Position numbers and translations under genes: made by a program
Notes under the pieces: model-generated
What the model saw: the letters and a program-made list of their open reading frames with translations, nothing else
Told to the model about the DNA's origin: nothing
Databases searched by the model: none
DNA from: Vicugna vicugna
Lineage: Eukaryota
Reading direction: 5' to 3'
NCBI GenBank assembly: GCA_013265495.1
Contig: MU058337.1
Coordinates: 2,138,686 to 2,202,685 of the forward strand
DNA: 64,000 nt
Shown here: in pieces, positions 36,640 to 49,150 of the stretch
Position numbering within the stretch: the stretch's first letter is position 1
Layout of the letters: each line of letters starts with the position of its first letter

Positions 36640-37090
36640 GTTATGGCTTCATGTCCTCCGTCTGCCCTTTAGATGTGCTCTTCTCACTGTGCTCTGGACC
36701 CCAGAACACTGACCCAAGTGGACTGTATCAGTGGGCTCTCCTGAGCTCTGGCTTCTGTTGAATCCATCAATGGAAGACATTGAGGGAAAATCAGGTTGAA
36801 AGTAAGTAAAATCATCTTTGTTTTCTGAGCTCCCCACTCCTGGGTCAGTGAGTATAGTTGTCTATCAGAGACCGCAGCTCCAGCAGACGGGGCTCTTTAT
36901 GCAGCTTCCTCGGAGGCCCTGAGCCTCTCCCTCCTGACCCTCTAGGCCAAGGGGTGATGAAGTCTCCCAACTGTTGCCAGCCCTACCGTTTCCCCCTTAG
37001 TAGATAGTCCCTTTATTAAACTCTTCTCGGTAATTAAAAAGCCGCAGCAGGGTGCTATCTGTTTCCTGCCGAGCCCCTGGCTGGTTCGAT
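36640..37090 (+). mobile_element. LTR33-like ERVL LTR inserted in L2 (~36.05-37.42 kb)
   Basis: gctctggcttctgttg...ccctctaggccaaggggtgatg...tagtccctttattaaactct...ctatctgtttcctgccgagcccctg. Confidence 0.7.
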
Positions 37091-38172
37091 AGCGTAGGAA
37101 AAGCTGTGGGCTGAAGATGGAAGCTAGGGGACTACGACCTTCACAGGATGAGTAAAAGAATGGCTTGGGAAAGAGAGACCGAGGAGACCGTGAGTAATGA
37201 GGACACCCAGGGACGTTGATGGAGACAGAATCAGAGGCCCTAGAGAGTTTGAGTGTAAGGAAGGGGCGATGTCCACCGTGTTGGGAGGGTCATGAAAGCG
37301 TTCTGCCTGAGAAGTTCTGTGGTCTGCTGACAGCAAAAACCTCATGACAGGGGACCTGGGCGTGATCGCAGGTAAAGAAGAGGAAACTAGTCATTTGACA
37401 AACTGATGATAGGAGGAAGAAAGTGTATGGAGTTTATAAAAGAGAAGACTTAGAGTTAATCAATTTATTGAAATTGTTTTATACTTTTAATAGAAACTTA
37501 CTATGCTCTGTCTCCCATGGTTACGACAGAGTACTAATAACATCATAAGAGTCTTTGTAGGTGTGTGTGCAACAAACATAATTTGTGCTATTAAGGTTTA
37601 GGTTTTTGTTAGTCGTTCAAGGAAGAACACCAAAGAGTTAATCCTTATTTTAAAAAATGAAGAAAGATAAATTTAAGTAGATATAACACAGAAGATGTAC
37701 AAGTAAAATCCATTCTACACTACCTATTTAGAATTTATTTCTGGATTAAGTCAGAGCATCAGAGACCTAAATATCTGGACATCATTCAGTGCCCTTCCTC
37801 TCCTCTTTCTCCCAAAAATGTTTTGCTGATTTGGACTTTGTGATGATACTGCTTTATCTGAAAGGGTTTTTAAGAAATCAACGTAAGATATTTTTAAAGA
37901 TGATAATCATTATGCCTTAGGGGAGTCAATCTGAAAATTGTTTTCTTCAGTATTTAGAGCAGACCTCTTACATTGCCAAAAGTTTAGAGTTGACCTTGAA
38001 ACTCCTTGTTAGGAAAGTCAGTCACTTCATAGGCAAATTTGATGGATTTAACTTTGCTCCTGGCTTCTTACCATGTAAACTTCATTTCACTTGCCTCATT
38101 TTCTTGATTTTTTTTATACATTTTATTTTGCTTCTTTATTCTTAAAGCAAAGTAAGTTTTTTCTGTTTTTAG

Positions 38173-38206
38173 GAAAAGACTGAATTTAAAGGCATAAATA
38201 AATAAA
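38173..38206 (+). other. Candidate terminal exon with stop codon and polyA signals
   Basis: Acceptor ttttttctgtttttag|; TAA 38195-38197 in frame with the 29995 exon; AATAAA at 38197 and 38201; GT-rich tract ~38256-38277. Confidence 0.35.
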
Positions 38207-39253
38207 ACTAAGAATAATGAAAAAGCATGAGGACTGTAAAGTACTAGATGCTCATTGTTTGGTTTTGATGTTTGTGCTGTTCCTACCCCACCTGTGATTA
38301 CGTTCCAGTCACAACTTCAGACACACCTAAGGCTGCATTTATACATCACCACGTGAAGCGGACTGCTGGGAATTGCCTTGATTTAACTGCATCAGTCAAA
38401 ACAGTTGATCTTGATAATTCAACCTACTCATCAACTTTGTCTACATTGGTGAAATTAAGTGACCTATTGCCAGATCCCTCCCCCTTCTCCCCTTCTTTCT
38501 TTAATTTAGAGATTTCCAAAAGAAAGAAGGAAAGAAAAGAAGAAAGGAGAGGAAAAATAGCTTTTCTATTCAGATTACAGATCCCATTTAAGATCTGGGC
38601 AAAAAAGAGTCACCTGAAGCTTTGCTAGGTTTTTGTTTTTGTTTTTGTTTGTTTGTTTTTACAATGCTGCTTAACTGAACTGCCACCATAATATGGCACA
38701 GTGAATAACTGAGGGGTTCTACTCCAGAGCCTGTGTGTGTGTAGGATCCATTGATTTTTCAGAACTGTTTGCTCTTAACTGAAGAATATACATAAAGTCA
38801 TATAATATGGATACCGTTACTCCAACTTGAAGGAAGATAAAGCTAATGTTAAGGTAGGCATGTAGGGTTTTCTGAGATGGACAGGGACCCAGATGTCTGG
38901 CAAAGTCATAGAATATAGTCATCAGCCAAAGGCACATATTTCATTGTCAGGAGAGACAGTGAAAGATTTTGAAATGGGAAAAACGAAACAAAACAGAAAA
39001 TCCAACAGCTTCCTGTCTATTTCAGAGTAACCTTTCGGGTTATCTGTTTTAAGTGTTTTTGAACCAGTAGAACTTCATAGGTAGTAAATAACTTTACAGG
39101 TGTTGTTAAAGTGATACCTGTCCATAGAAGTGCAAATGAATTTCGTAGGAAGGGACACCTGATTCCTGGACACCTTTGCCCCACACACACCTCCATGGAA
39201 AAGCCAGTTTTGCATCTATTTGTAAATACATTTCAGCATTTCTGATTCATCTG

Positions 39254-39730
39254 TGTAGAGGAGGAAGAATAATTTTCCCTCTTCCCTTCTAGGCTTTTGG
39301 CTGAGACAGCCCTGAAATAAAAGAAATTAATAGTACGAAACCAAATTGATGTCCAACAGCACATATGCCTCCTGTATTCATGGGAGAAACCCAGGGAGAC
39401 TACCGCCTCCAGCTAAAGACAAAGGAGAAATGCGGGGAGTAGGGGGCTTTTGTGGGGGGTCGCCAGGAAGAGCACAGTAAACAGCGTATGGCGGGTGTGC
39501 ATAGCTCGGTCACTGCCTGCTTGATGGGTAGGAGATTTTAGAGATGCGGTCATCCTCTTCCTGCTGCAGAGGGAGACACCCTTAAAAATGGAGTTCCCTT
39601 ATAATGTAAATCACTCTTACAGAGGGCGGCACCTCTGTTTTCAGAATGTCTCCTGTCTCTCCAGCCTCTCAAATATAATTAATATGCCAAAGAGACAGAA
39701 ATTTACACTGGCAAATTCTGTTTGCCTTCA
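39254..39730 (-). mobile_element. MER34/MER39-like ERV1 LTR
   Basis: tgtagaggaggaagaataattttccctct...cagctaaagacaaagga...gagggagacaccctta...taatatgccaaagag...ccttca. Confidence 0.75.
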
Positions 39731-40070
39731 CCTACGTGTATGTGTGTGTTGGTATTTTGAATTCTGCCTTGAACTGACTATAGCATCTTACTAGTTCTCT
39801 AATTAAATGAAGAGTTAAAATATTTGATGTGCTCTTTGGATATGCACATGAGTTTCATGATACTATCTTTTAAAAAACAGTATTATTATTTTTTAACACC
39901 AGTATGTTTTCTTTTCAGTAATACTCCTCTTTGTACTTCTTAAATATTATGTTTTAGGAGGATTTAGTAGCATTACAGCAGAGATTTATTTTAACTATAT
40001 TTTATATTCATTTATGTTTTTTAGTTAAGAGCAGCTTACTGTGAAGAATCAATAGACCCAATTATATGTG

Positions 40071-40531
40071 CAGTAATACCTCCTTATCCAATCGGTGATA
40101 CGTTCCAAGACTTCAAGTGGCTACCTGAAACCAGATAGTACCTTTCGACTTAGAGGAAAACGCCCAACATGAGAGTGGTGAGTTTAAGTTCTGTGTAAGG
40201 CCTTGCTGAAGACGATAGCCTGGGAGGAGTTTCATCAGGGCTGACTGAGTGCCTGTCCTCCGGTCTTCAGTCCTCAGCACGACCCTGAGTGAAACTTAAA
40301 CTCACAACTCTTGTGTGATTTTCTATGAGTGAATGTAGGCGACAAGGGGATGATCATGTCCTGGAACAGAGCAGGGTGGTGCAACATTTCATCACACTAC
40401 TCAGAAGGGCACACAATTTAAAGCTTATGAATTGTTTATTTCTGGAATTTTCCATTTAAAATATTTGGACTGTGGTTGACTTTAGGTAACTGAAACTATG
40501 GAAAGTGAAACCAGGGGTAAGGGGAGCACTG
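40071..40531 (-). mobile_element. MER44/Tigger7 element with its middle replaced by a ~190-bp insert
   Basis: TIRs cagtaatacctccttatcc ... ggtaaggggagcactg; ttatgaattgtttatttctggaattttccattt body. Confidence 0.8.
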
Positions 40532-41852
40532 TGTACACACACACACACACCCCTACCCCTGTTATGAAATGATGCCTTAAAAATATAGCAGTGACAATAG
40601 ATGGTCTTTCCATCATTCATATTTTATAAACCAGTGGCACAGGAAACTTTAAAAACTGAAGATAAGATGATTAGTGACTTATAGTGCTGAAGAGAGCATC
40701 CATAAGGGAGAAGAAACCTGGGCAGGAAGGTGTGGCTGTATGAAACTAGCTTCTGTGAAACAATGAAGTTTTACTCTGCAAGCGTCAACATGCAAATTCT
40801 AGGTTTTCTTGGGTAATTGCTGGGAATTTCATTGGGGAATGGTTGTCTTATTTTAATCAAATGACATACAGTGCATTTTGCACTGAAATATATTATTATT
40901 GAGATTATTGGAACATAATTGTATAAGGATTCATGAAATGCACCCCCAGAATCCATATTCAGCCAAACTAAAAACATGTATTATTTTTTCTGCTGTTTGA
41001 GTGCCTGATTAAGGAATTCCACACACCCGTCAGGAAGTCAGATGAGGGTTTAACAACAATGCTGTTGTTGGTCTCTCTGGTTTTTATTTGTTCTTAACAG
41101 GTGTCTGTAATGTCGATCAAATCAGGTTCAAGGTTTAAATGACAAGGCTTGGAATTTTTGATAGCACTGTGTGGTCTATAAAATAAAGTTGTTGTTTTAA
41201 TTCAATTAGTTGTTTTTCCATGAATTAAAAATAACAGGTGATCTTACATAAAAACCTGGATATCCAATACCTCTTTAAAAATTGTAAAATTTCCCTACAC
41301 TGGTCCACATCCTCCCATAGTGATGTCAAGTACAGAGGCTGTCTTTCTGAGACTGGGCATGTTCCCCTCACTGCCCTGCTCCCATTGGCCTCCTGGACTC
41401 TGAGACTGACCATGTAGCATCTCCGTTTATCTATCACCTGCCTGTGCTGTTGTTTTTCTTAAAGTGAGGAAAAAAGTGAAATATTTCTTTACCCATGTGT
41501 CTGTCAAAAATGAAACATAAAATAAGAAATGAAACAGAAAATAAGACCACTGGTCATGGAAAAGATACATGATGCAAAGTTTTATGAAGTAATAAAGAAA
41601 TTTTAATAGATTTGTTTTTGAATCTAATAAATTAATGAAGCTACCGTGAAATGCTGGGCAGTGATGAGTCTAGCTCTCCCCCTTGGTTGATCTGGACCCT
41701 GCCTCTACCCTAAAGCCACTGAGTTTGCAGTTCCTGCTTGAGGACAACACTCCTGGTTCTCTGTGCTGGAGATTCTTCTGTTAGTTTAATTTTATTTGCA
41801 TTTTAAATGAATCATTAGTTTATCTTAACAGTTGATTTTTAAAATTAAAAAT

Positions 41853-42266
41853 ATGTTATATTAATCTGCTTGGGCCACCAAAACAAAATATCACAGACAG
41901 GGTGACTTGACGTCAGTGTATTTTCTCACAGTTCTAGAAGCTAGAAGTCCCAGATCGAGGTGCCACAAATTCAGCTCCTGGTGAGGATTTTCTTCCTGCC
42001 TTGTGGACCACCACCTTCCTCTGCCTACACGCTTGGCCTGTATTTATTCATTTACTCATTTTGTGCTCAGGGGAGAGAGAGAAAGCTCTCAGTGTCTTTT
42101 CTTGCAAGGACACTAATCCCGTCATGGGGACCCCACCCTTGTGACTCCATCTAACCTTAATCACACCCCCAAAGGCTCCATCTCCAAACACCAGCACATA
42201 GTGCGATGATGTGGGGGTTCGGGGTTAGCATGTAAATTTGGGGATAACACATTCAGTCCATATACA
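41853..42266 (-). mobile_element. MLT1A-like LTR
   Basis: ttttctcacagttctagaagctagaagtcc...aaggacactaatccc...ccatctccaaacacc...acattcagtccata. Confidence 0.85.
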
Positions 42267-43479
42267 TTAAAACAGTGCATTCAGAATGTGCGAATAAAGT
42301 CTTATTTTTGTTATCCAGAAAGGATTATTTCCTTACATTTTAGTCTATTTATTTAAATTAAACAGGCTTGGATTGCTTCTGTCTTGCTTGCCTTCATCAG
42401 AGATTCCAGCTTATGTACGCAATCAGTGCAGAATCTGTAAATACTGAACTACCACAGCAGTATTTTTATTTAGCATAATAAATGGTGAGTGGCTAGAACC
42501 TACTCTACTTTGGTTTTTTAGCGTGAAATTTATTGAACTAATTTCGGTAAATATTGTTGCCATTCTCCAAGAAATGGGCATAGTTTAAGCTGTGCTGTAC
42601 CTTCAAAAGGTATTTTTTGTTCATTTGATTTATTGAATTCAAAGATGAAATGATTAACCATACTTATTTAAAATGCTTAAAATTCCAAATAACTTTTTGT
42701 AGAATCTGAGTACAAATATAGGGATGATTTTAGTATAAATTCACAAGAAATGTGTAAGTAGCCACTGTGGTATTTCCTACACTTTATCAACCAAAGGCAC
42801 CTTGAATACCTCCCAGAACAGGACCTCAGTAACTCTGACAGTCCATTTCACTAATGTGTATTTGTGGTGGTTAGAAAATTATTTTTATATTCATTTGAAT
42901 CAATTGATCCATGTTCTGCCCACTAGACAACACAAATACAATATATTCCTTTTCCACGTAGTAACCCTTGACGTAAGAGCAGTGAGGATGTTTCTTCGGG
43001 TTCCTGTTTCTCCCTGCACTTTCCTGTGTGACAGGGTGCCCAGGCTGCCTGCCTTTCCAGACTCTCTCCCCCGCGTCCTCTGACTTTTGAGAGTTTCCCC
43101 CTTGGTGTCCGTTTAACCCAGCTCTCCCTGGAGCTAAAGCTTCTTCTGATGTAGACTTTGCTACTGTCTCCTGTTGTGAAAACGAGATTCCGTTATGGGT
43201 CTTTCAAGGTATGTATCTACGTACTGAACCAGGAAATTGGTTTTTGAAGTTAAATTGAGAACTTTTAAATCTTATACTTTTTAGAGTCAAAAAGAACCTT
43301 GAAATCATACAGAGATTAGGATTGATATTCCAGCGTCACTGTGTAATAGTTATCTGGCCTTGAACAAGTTACTTAACTTCCCGAGAGAAAAGGATACGAA
43401 CACAAGATGCCACTGTCTTTCCATTCCACTCCTGCAGTATCCTTGTGTCTTCATGAAAACCAAACATCTTGGAAAAAGC

Positions 43480-44213
43480 TGTTGTGTGGGTTCTTCTAAT
43501 ACTGACCAGTTCTCTGACATCATCTGAGTGTCTAACAATTCAATTCAGTTCAGACACTAACAACCCAGAGTTAGAGAAGCCCCACAGAACAAGGGCTCAG
43601 TCCCAGAAGCCTGCCTCCACGTGAGATGCCAGGTGGAAAGGGGGCCCAGATCACCCACACTTCTGCCTGGCCAACTCCAAATTTGGGGTTTCTGTACTTT
43701 CCCTTTGAGGTTTTTTTTTTTTTTTTTTTCTAGAGTGACTCATAGAACTCAGTTAAACAGTATACTTAACGATGACCAGTTTATTATAAAGGATGCCAGT
43801 CAGGGACCAGCCAAACAAAAGAAATGCAAAGAACAAGGTTACAGGAGGGGTGGGGGCAAGAGCTTCCATGCCCTCCAGGAGTGTACGTGCAGCCTTGCTG
43901 ACACATCAGAGTGCTCACCCACCCTCAAGCTCTTAGAATCTTTTCATTCAAGAGAGTTTTTATAACTCAGTTTCCTTTAGAACCCAGTAACCTCCAGGGA
44001 GGGGAGAGGGGCTTGGCATTGGGTTATAAAAACTCTTGAATAAAAAGAATTCTATCCCCCCCATCACCTTATTAGCAAATACTTGGCTGTGGTAGAAAGC
44101 GGCTTATAATGAATAACAAAAGGCAATCCTGTCTTTCTGGAAATCCCAGGAGTTGTAGAAGCTCTGCGCCAGGAATTGGGACAAAGACCAGATACATTTT
44201 TTATTATACCATA
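43480..44213 (-). mobile_element. MER21-like LTR
   Basis: aacaattcaattcagttcagacactaac...aagggctcagtccca...cagtttattataaaggat...gggacaaagaccagatacatttt. Confidence 0.8.
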
Positions 44214-44229
44214 GCTGTCAATACCTGTT

Positions 44230-44450
44230 TCCCACATTTTCTTTTACTCACTCCTCAGCTGACATAATCTGCCCCTTCACTCCGCTAAAACGGCTCTGTA
44301 TTTTTCTCTCCTCATCCTACGTAACCTCTCAGGAGCATTAAGAGCAGTTAAGCCTTCATTTCGTCTTTCTTGAAAGCACTCTCTCTCTTTGGAGACACTA
44401 ATACCACATTTTCCGTGTTTTCCTTCCACAGTTCTGACTCTTCCTGATTT
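44230..44450 (+). mobile_element. L2 fragment
   Basis: ctcatcctacgtaacctctcaggagcatt...cttcttgaaagcactctc-type sense L2 motifs. Confidence 0.6.
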
Positions 44451-44499
44451 GTCTCCTTGGAGACATTCAGGGAAGAAATAAGATGTTACAGCTGGCTCC

Positions 44500-45850
44500 A
44501 GTGAGAATTTGACATACAGGGATATATGTTCCCCAGGGGACATGGAGGCTTTGTATTGCCATGAAGACTAATTATTTGCATGCCTCTGGAAGGAAACATT
44601 TGCATTACTGTTTTTTTTTTTTTTACAACTTAAGTTCTATCTCTACAGAATTGTAAAACAATCAAAGATACACACTCTTAAAGAATCAGATTCTTAAAGA
44701 ATCACTCAGAGATTCTCCTGGACAGACTCCCTGCATTTTGGTGAAAGGACACCCAGGAATTCTGCTGCCCAGTGTCCCCGCTTGTGATGAAATTAACGTC
44801 TGAAGATAATTCTTGATAACAGAAAGACAAGTCTCATTAGATTTGACCTGATTATTCACGTAGGAGCAGCAGCGTTTAAATTAACCATCTGGGCATCCTT
44901 GAGTTTGCCTTGTAGGCATAAATCAGTGAATTGTTAAGCTACTGCTGAGGCCAGGAAATAAGGTTATATCCGGGCGTTCACTAGGAATCTTGGATTGGGC
45001 TTTTAACAGCCTCTGTTATTTGCTATTCCACGGCTAGGAAACCAAGCCTAAGGAACTCTTTCCATCAGCTGTACTTGTATTTCCTATACGTTTGGGTGAG
45101 CACCTCAAGTTGGCTGAGGTACGGGATGTGCTAGGGAGTGACCTCTGCTAACACCTAAGGCTAAGCCAGGTACCTGGATACTTCTTCAGGGAAGGCTTTG
45201 ATTTTGGTTCCACACATAAAGTCGACCTTGATACTTAATGGTGGGTTTGTCAGGCCTGATTCAGTGAGAACCATTTTCGAATATGGCTCTCCAAGTCAAG
45301 TCTTGGTTGCACAATAAAATTGTCCTCTTATCACCTATAAAAAGGCAGACAAAATCTCAGAGCGCCTATGCGGCCATCTCCACAGCGCTTCCATTAAACA
45401 TTAGGAGACTTAATACAATTTCAGACTTCTGGAGTCAGTGAGAATCAGACTTTGAGAAATGTTTCGTTTCATCTTCAAAAGCTGAGTTTATGAAATTAAA
45501 GATTAGATTTGCTTCAAAAGAAAGACGAAGGGCTTTGTTGATATCTTTTAGAGCATTAAAAACCACAAGAACAATATTCAAAAAAAACTTTGCATTTCTC
45601 TTCCCAGTTGACAGTAACTAACTTTCTCCTGCAGGGTCTTGCTTTCACGAGGGAAGTTTGCTTCTGGATCATCAGGCGGCCCGTGCAGCCTGACTGTTTA
45701 CGGCTACTCTCTCAGAATCGTTAAGCAGTGCCATCTCAGTAGTCTGTACACAGGAGGCCATTCTGGAAGTATCAATAGTTAAAAGCCCCCAGCACAACCC
45801 TTTCTATGTGGCTTTGAGACTGTGCTGCTTTATTAAAGATCAGAACTCTG
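44500..45850 (-). mobile_element. ERV1 (MER4-group) internal-region remnant, non-coding
   Basis: cactaggaatcttggattgg, ccacggctaggaaaccaagcctaaggaact, aggcctgattc, ccaagtcaagtcttggt motifs recalled from MER4/MER57/MER34-int. Confidence 0.6.
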
Positions 45851-46129
45851 ATGTGAGGCTTGTGTGAGTCTCACAGTAAGCATCAGTGTCGAAAGAAACT
45901 ACCTAGAGGTGCTAACAACGGGATGGTTGCCGGTACTTTATGATAATAACTGGTGACGTCAGGATGGAGGAGAGGGGAACTCTCTCTCGGGGTGTTCCAC
46001 GCAGCTGCTTCATGAGGCTTTCATAACGTTTCCTCTGAGCTAGAAGTACATCATGGGTAGCCAGAGCATTGACAGATCTCCAGGGCCTTCCTGTAAGTTG
46101 TATAATTTCTAAAATACTTATATTAGTAG

Positions 46130-46497
46130 TTATTATGAACTGAATTAGGTCCCCCCAGTCATATGTTGAAGGCGTAACCCCCAGGGTGGCTGTGTTTGGA
46201 GATAGGGCCTTTAAGGAGGATATTTAGGTAAAATGAGATAATAAGGATGGGACCCTAATGCCATATGACTGGTGTCCTTATAAAAAGAGGGGGGGTGGTG
46301 GTCAGGGAAGTGCACCTGCACGCCCGGAAACCCGCCGTGTGAGGACGCACTGACAAGATAGCCACCTGCAAGCTAAGGAGAGAACCCTCACCGGAAGCCA
46401 AGCCTTCTGTCTCTCAGAGCTGTGAGGGAGCACGTTTCTGCCTTGTGAGCCGCCCGGCCTGTGGTGTTTTGTTATCGCAACCCCAGGAGACTCCTAT
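46130..46497 (+). mobile_element. MLT1A/B-like LTR
   Basis: catatgttgaagg...tttggagatagggcctttaaggagg...tatgactggtgtccttataaaaagagg...gtggtgttttgttatcgca. Confidence 0.85.
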
Positions 46498-48139
46498 GGC
46501 GGTACTTCCCGGGCAGGCTGTGTCCAGCGGGGGTCGAGCTGCTCTTGTAATGTAACAGCTCTCTCCCTGCTCTGCTGCAGTGTGGAGGTAAGTGAAGAGA
46601 TAGGGAGTGCATCAAACAAACCTGCTGACTTCTAATCTTTTTCATAAGTTGAAAGAACGGACCTTTGTGTTTTCTTAGGGACCTGTTAGGAAATATCAAA
46701 AATAGTTTTAGATGTAGAACGTTTACAGCGTTTTATTGTATTTTTTTCTTAATTTAGGCTACAACTTTGGGCAAAAACTTGAAGATTGGTCAGAGGAGAT
46801 TTGAGCATTTGTTTAAGATAAGATCGTGTGCGCTTGGTTAAGTAATTAATCAAATGACAGTAAAAGATTTTATGTAAACATAGAGGGTAACCCAATTATA
46901 AATAATCTTAGCTATTTTATAAACTAGAAGACATTCTATTTTAAATAATAAAGGACATATTAAAGTCAGCACAGAAACTTTCTCAAGTAAGAGACAATCT
47001 CTGGTATATTGGCAGTTTACACAAAAGATAAAAAATGACTTTTCACATTGTAGGCAAGTCATTAATCAATAAACCAAGGGAATAAGCACATCAAAACTAA
47101 GAGAAATTTGCCAAAATTTAAAACATTTGAGTTTCATATAAGGCTTAGATATTGTAAGCAAGGAGGTATAAAATTCACTTTCCAAGTTTTGTCCTTAACT
47201 TTGCTCTTTCCTACTCTGAAAACAAAAACTACTGTGTTGAGACTATTGAATGTATTAGATCCTCTTTTATATCCGTAATTTAATTGGACCAGACATTTTT
47301 TAACTTAAGGAGAAAGGAAATATTTCTTCATAATCACAAAAAAGCTCAAAGGTCTTTCTCGGTCACAGATACGGATTAGAGTAGAAGGCCAGTAGCTTCA
47401 GTTCACCCACTTCAGCTACAAGGATGCATCAGCCCAGATCTCAAAGGGCTGTTCTGTGTCCCAGTGTGTGTGAAGCCCTTAGTTGATCTGAGCTCACAAA
47501 TAGAAAAATAAACAATAGGGTAATAAGTGAGGTCATCTGTCATCTTTCACTCAATAAAGAGTAGACCTAGAGAGATAACCAAATTGTCAGATCATAAAAC
47601 CAAATTCCCAGTTGTTTCCTCCAGTGAGGAGCACATCATGAGCCATGGAGTTACCAGGGATGAGACAAAACACCGAGGTGGGAGGACAAAAATGGGGGAG
47701 AAACGGTCAGTAAAATTAAATTTCTACTGCCATTTGTGATTCTCTCTTTGAGTCAGGAAAGACTGTGTCTGACTTCAGCCGCCCACGAGGTGGACTTGTA
47801 CAGCAGCGCAGTGAGCTGGATTGGTTCAGTTGGTCAGCTGAGCATTTTGATAGGTGACCTACCTCTAAACCTGTTAATACATAACTTTCAAAAAGGTAAA
47901 ATCATGATTCTAAGAAAAATAAAGAATAAATACCTGTTGAAATTTTATTAACTTATCAGGTAATGAGGGAACCAGTAAGATGTTCAAATCAGTTCTCACC
48001 AATTTATATTTTCAAACCCAGAATTCTCCACTGACCCAAATCCAATCAACAATTGCTTTTTAACATTGTATGTTAAATGCCTCCAAATTCTATGTACAAG
48101 AGGGAATTCATGACTTTTTTTCCCCCAAACTTCTTTCAC

Positions 48140-49150
48140 TCCTCTTCTAGCATTTCCTGTTTCTGATAATAGTTCCACCTTCTGCAGAGCTATTTGTGTC
48201 AGGAGTCTAAGACTAATACTGAATACTCTGTCTCCCTGTACTCTCACCTGTCATCATTTTCACTCTGTTACCAAGCTCTGTTGATTTCATTTTCTAAATA
48301 ATCCTCAGTTCTGTCTCTTTCTCCTTTAACTGCCTTCACCAGTCTTCTTACACCACGTCACCAGTTCACCTAGACCACATCCCATAGATGGTGGCATTAG
48401 CCTCCCCTCTGCCCACTGCTTCCACTACCCAATGCTTCCTCTTCGCCATCCGAAGTATTTCCCACATATCGGACAGAATGATACTTGCCAAATGCAAATC
48501 TGATCACTTATTGTGCGACTGAAAGCCTGTAATGATTTCCCCTTGTTCTTCAGATGAAGATCCAAGCTGTGTGCCTGGCCTACAAGGCTCTCTCATTTCT
48601 GCTGCTGTTTATCCTTCTCTCCTCTTTAATGTCAGTGTGAACCAGGCTCCCCTCCACTTTCTGATTCAAGCCACACCAATTTCTGTACATGTCTTTCAGC
48701 TTCTTCCCACCTGGAATCTTAGAGGTGCTATTTTCTTTGCTTGCAATTTAAAAAAATTTAAAAAAATCAATTTAAATGGAGGTACTAGGACTGAACCCAG
48801 GACCTTGTGCATGCTAAGCGTGCGCACCACCACAGATACCCACTGCCCACTGCAATTTTGTTTTCTAACTCTCCCACTTCTCTTGGTTCATAGTCATCAA
48901 AGTTCATCTCATTTCCTGCTTTGGGCTCTTTTACTTGACTACTAAGAGGAGGCCAGATACCACTCCTCCCGTAGTGCTTAAAAACCACTGTAATCTGATA
49001 CTGACTTTTGTGACTGTTTTCTCTGCTGTTGCACTGAAAGTTTCAGGAGAGCGGGGCTGTGTTTATTTCTCTTTATCATTCCTGGAGCAGAGTGTCTAGT
49101 TGGCACGGTTTGGGTGGTGAATGTTTATTTACTGAGTGAATGAATGAATA
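48140..49150 (+). mobile_element. L2a 3' end interrupted by a SINE
   Basis: aaatgcaaatctgatcac, ctgaaagtttcaggagagcggggctgtgt, and the terminal gagtgaatgaatgaat repeat. Confidence 0.8.
48760..48850 (-). mobile_element. tRNA-Ala-derived SINE (vic-1-like), second copy
   Basis: ggaggtactaggactgaacccaggaccttgtgcatgctaagcgtgcgc, homologous to 1876-2017. Confidence 0.8.

Noticed and set aside
44677..44716. Short palindromic repeat gattcttaaagaatc with local duplication
   Set aside because: Small slippage or template-switch scar in an ERV remnant; no functional support.
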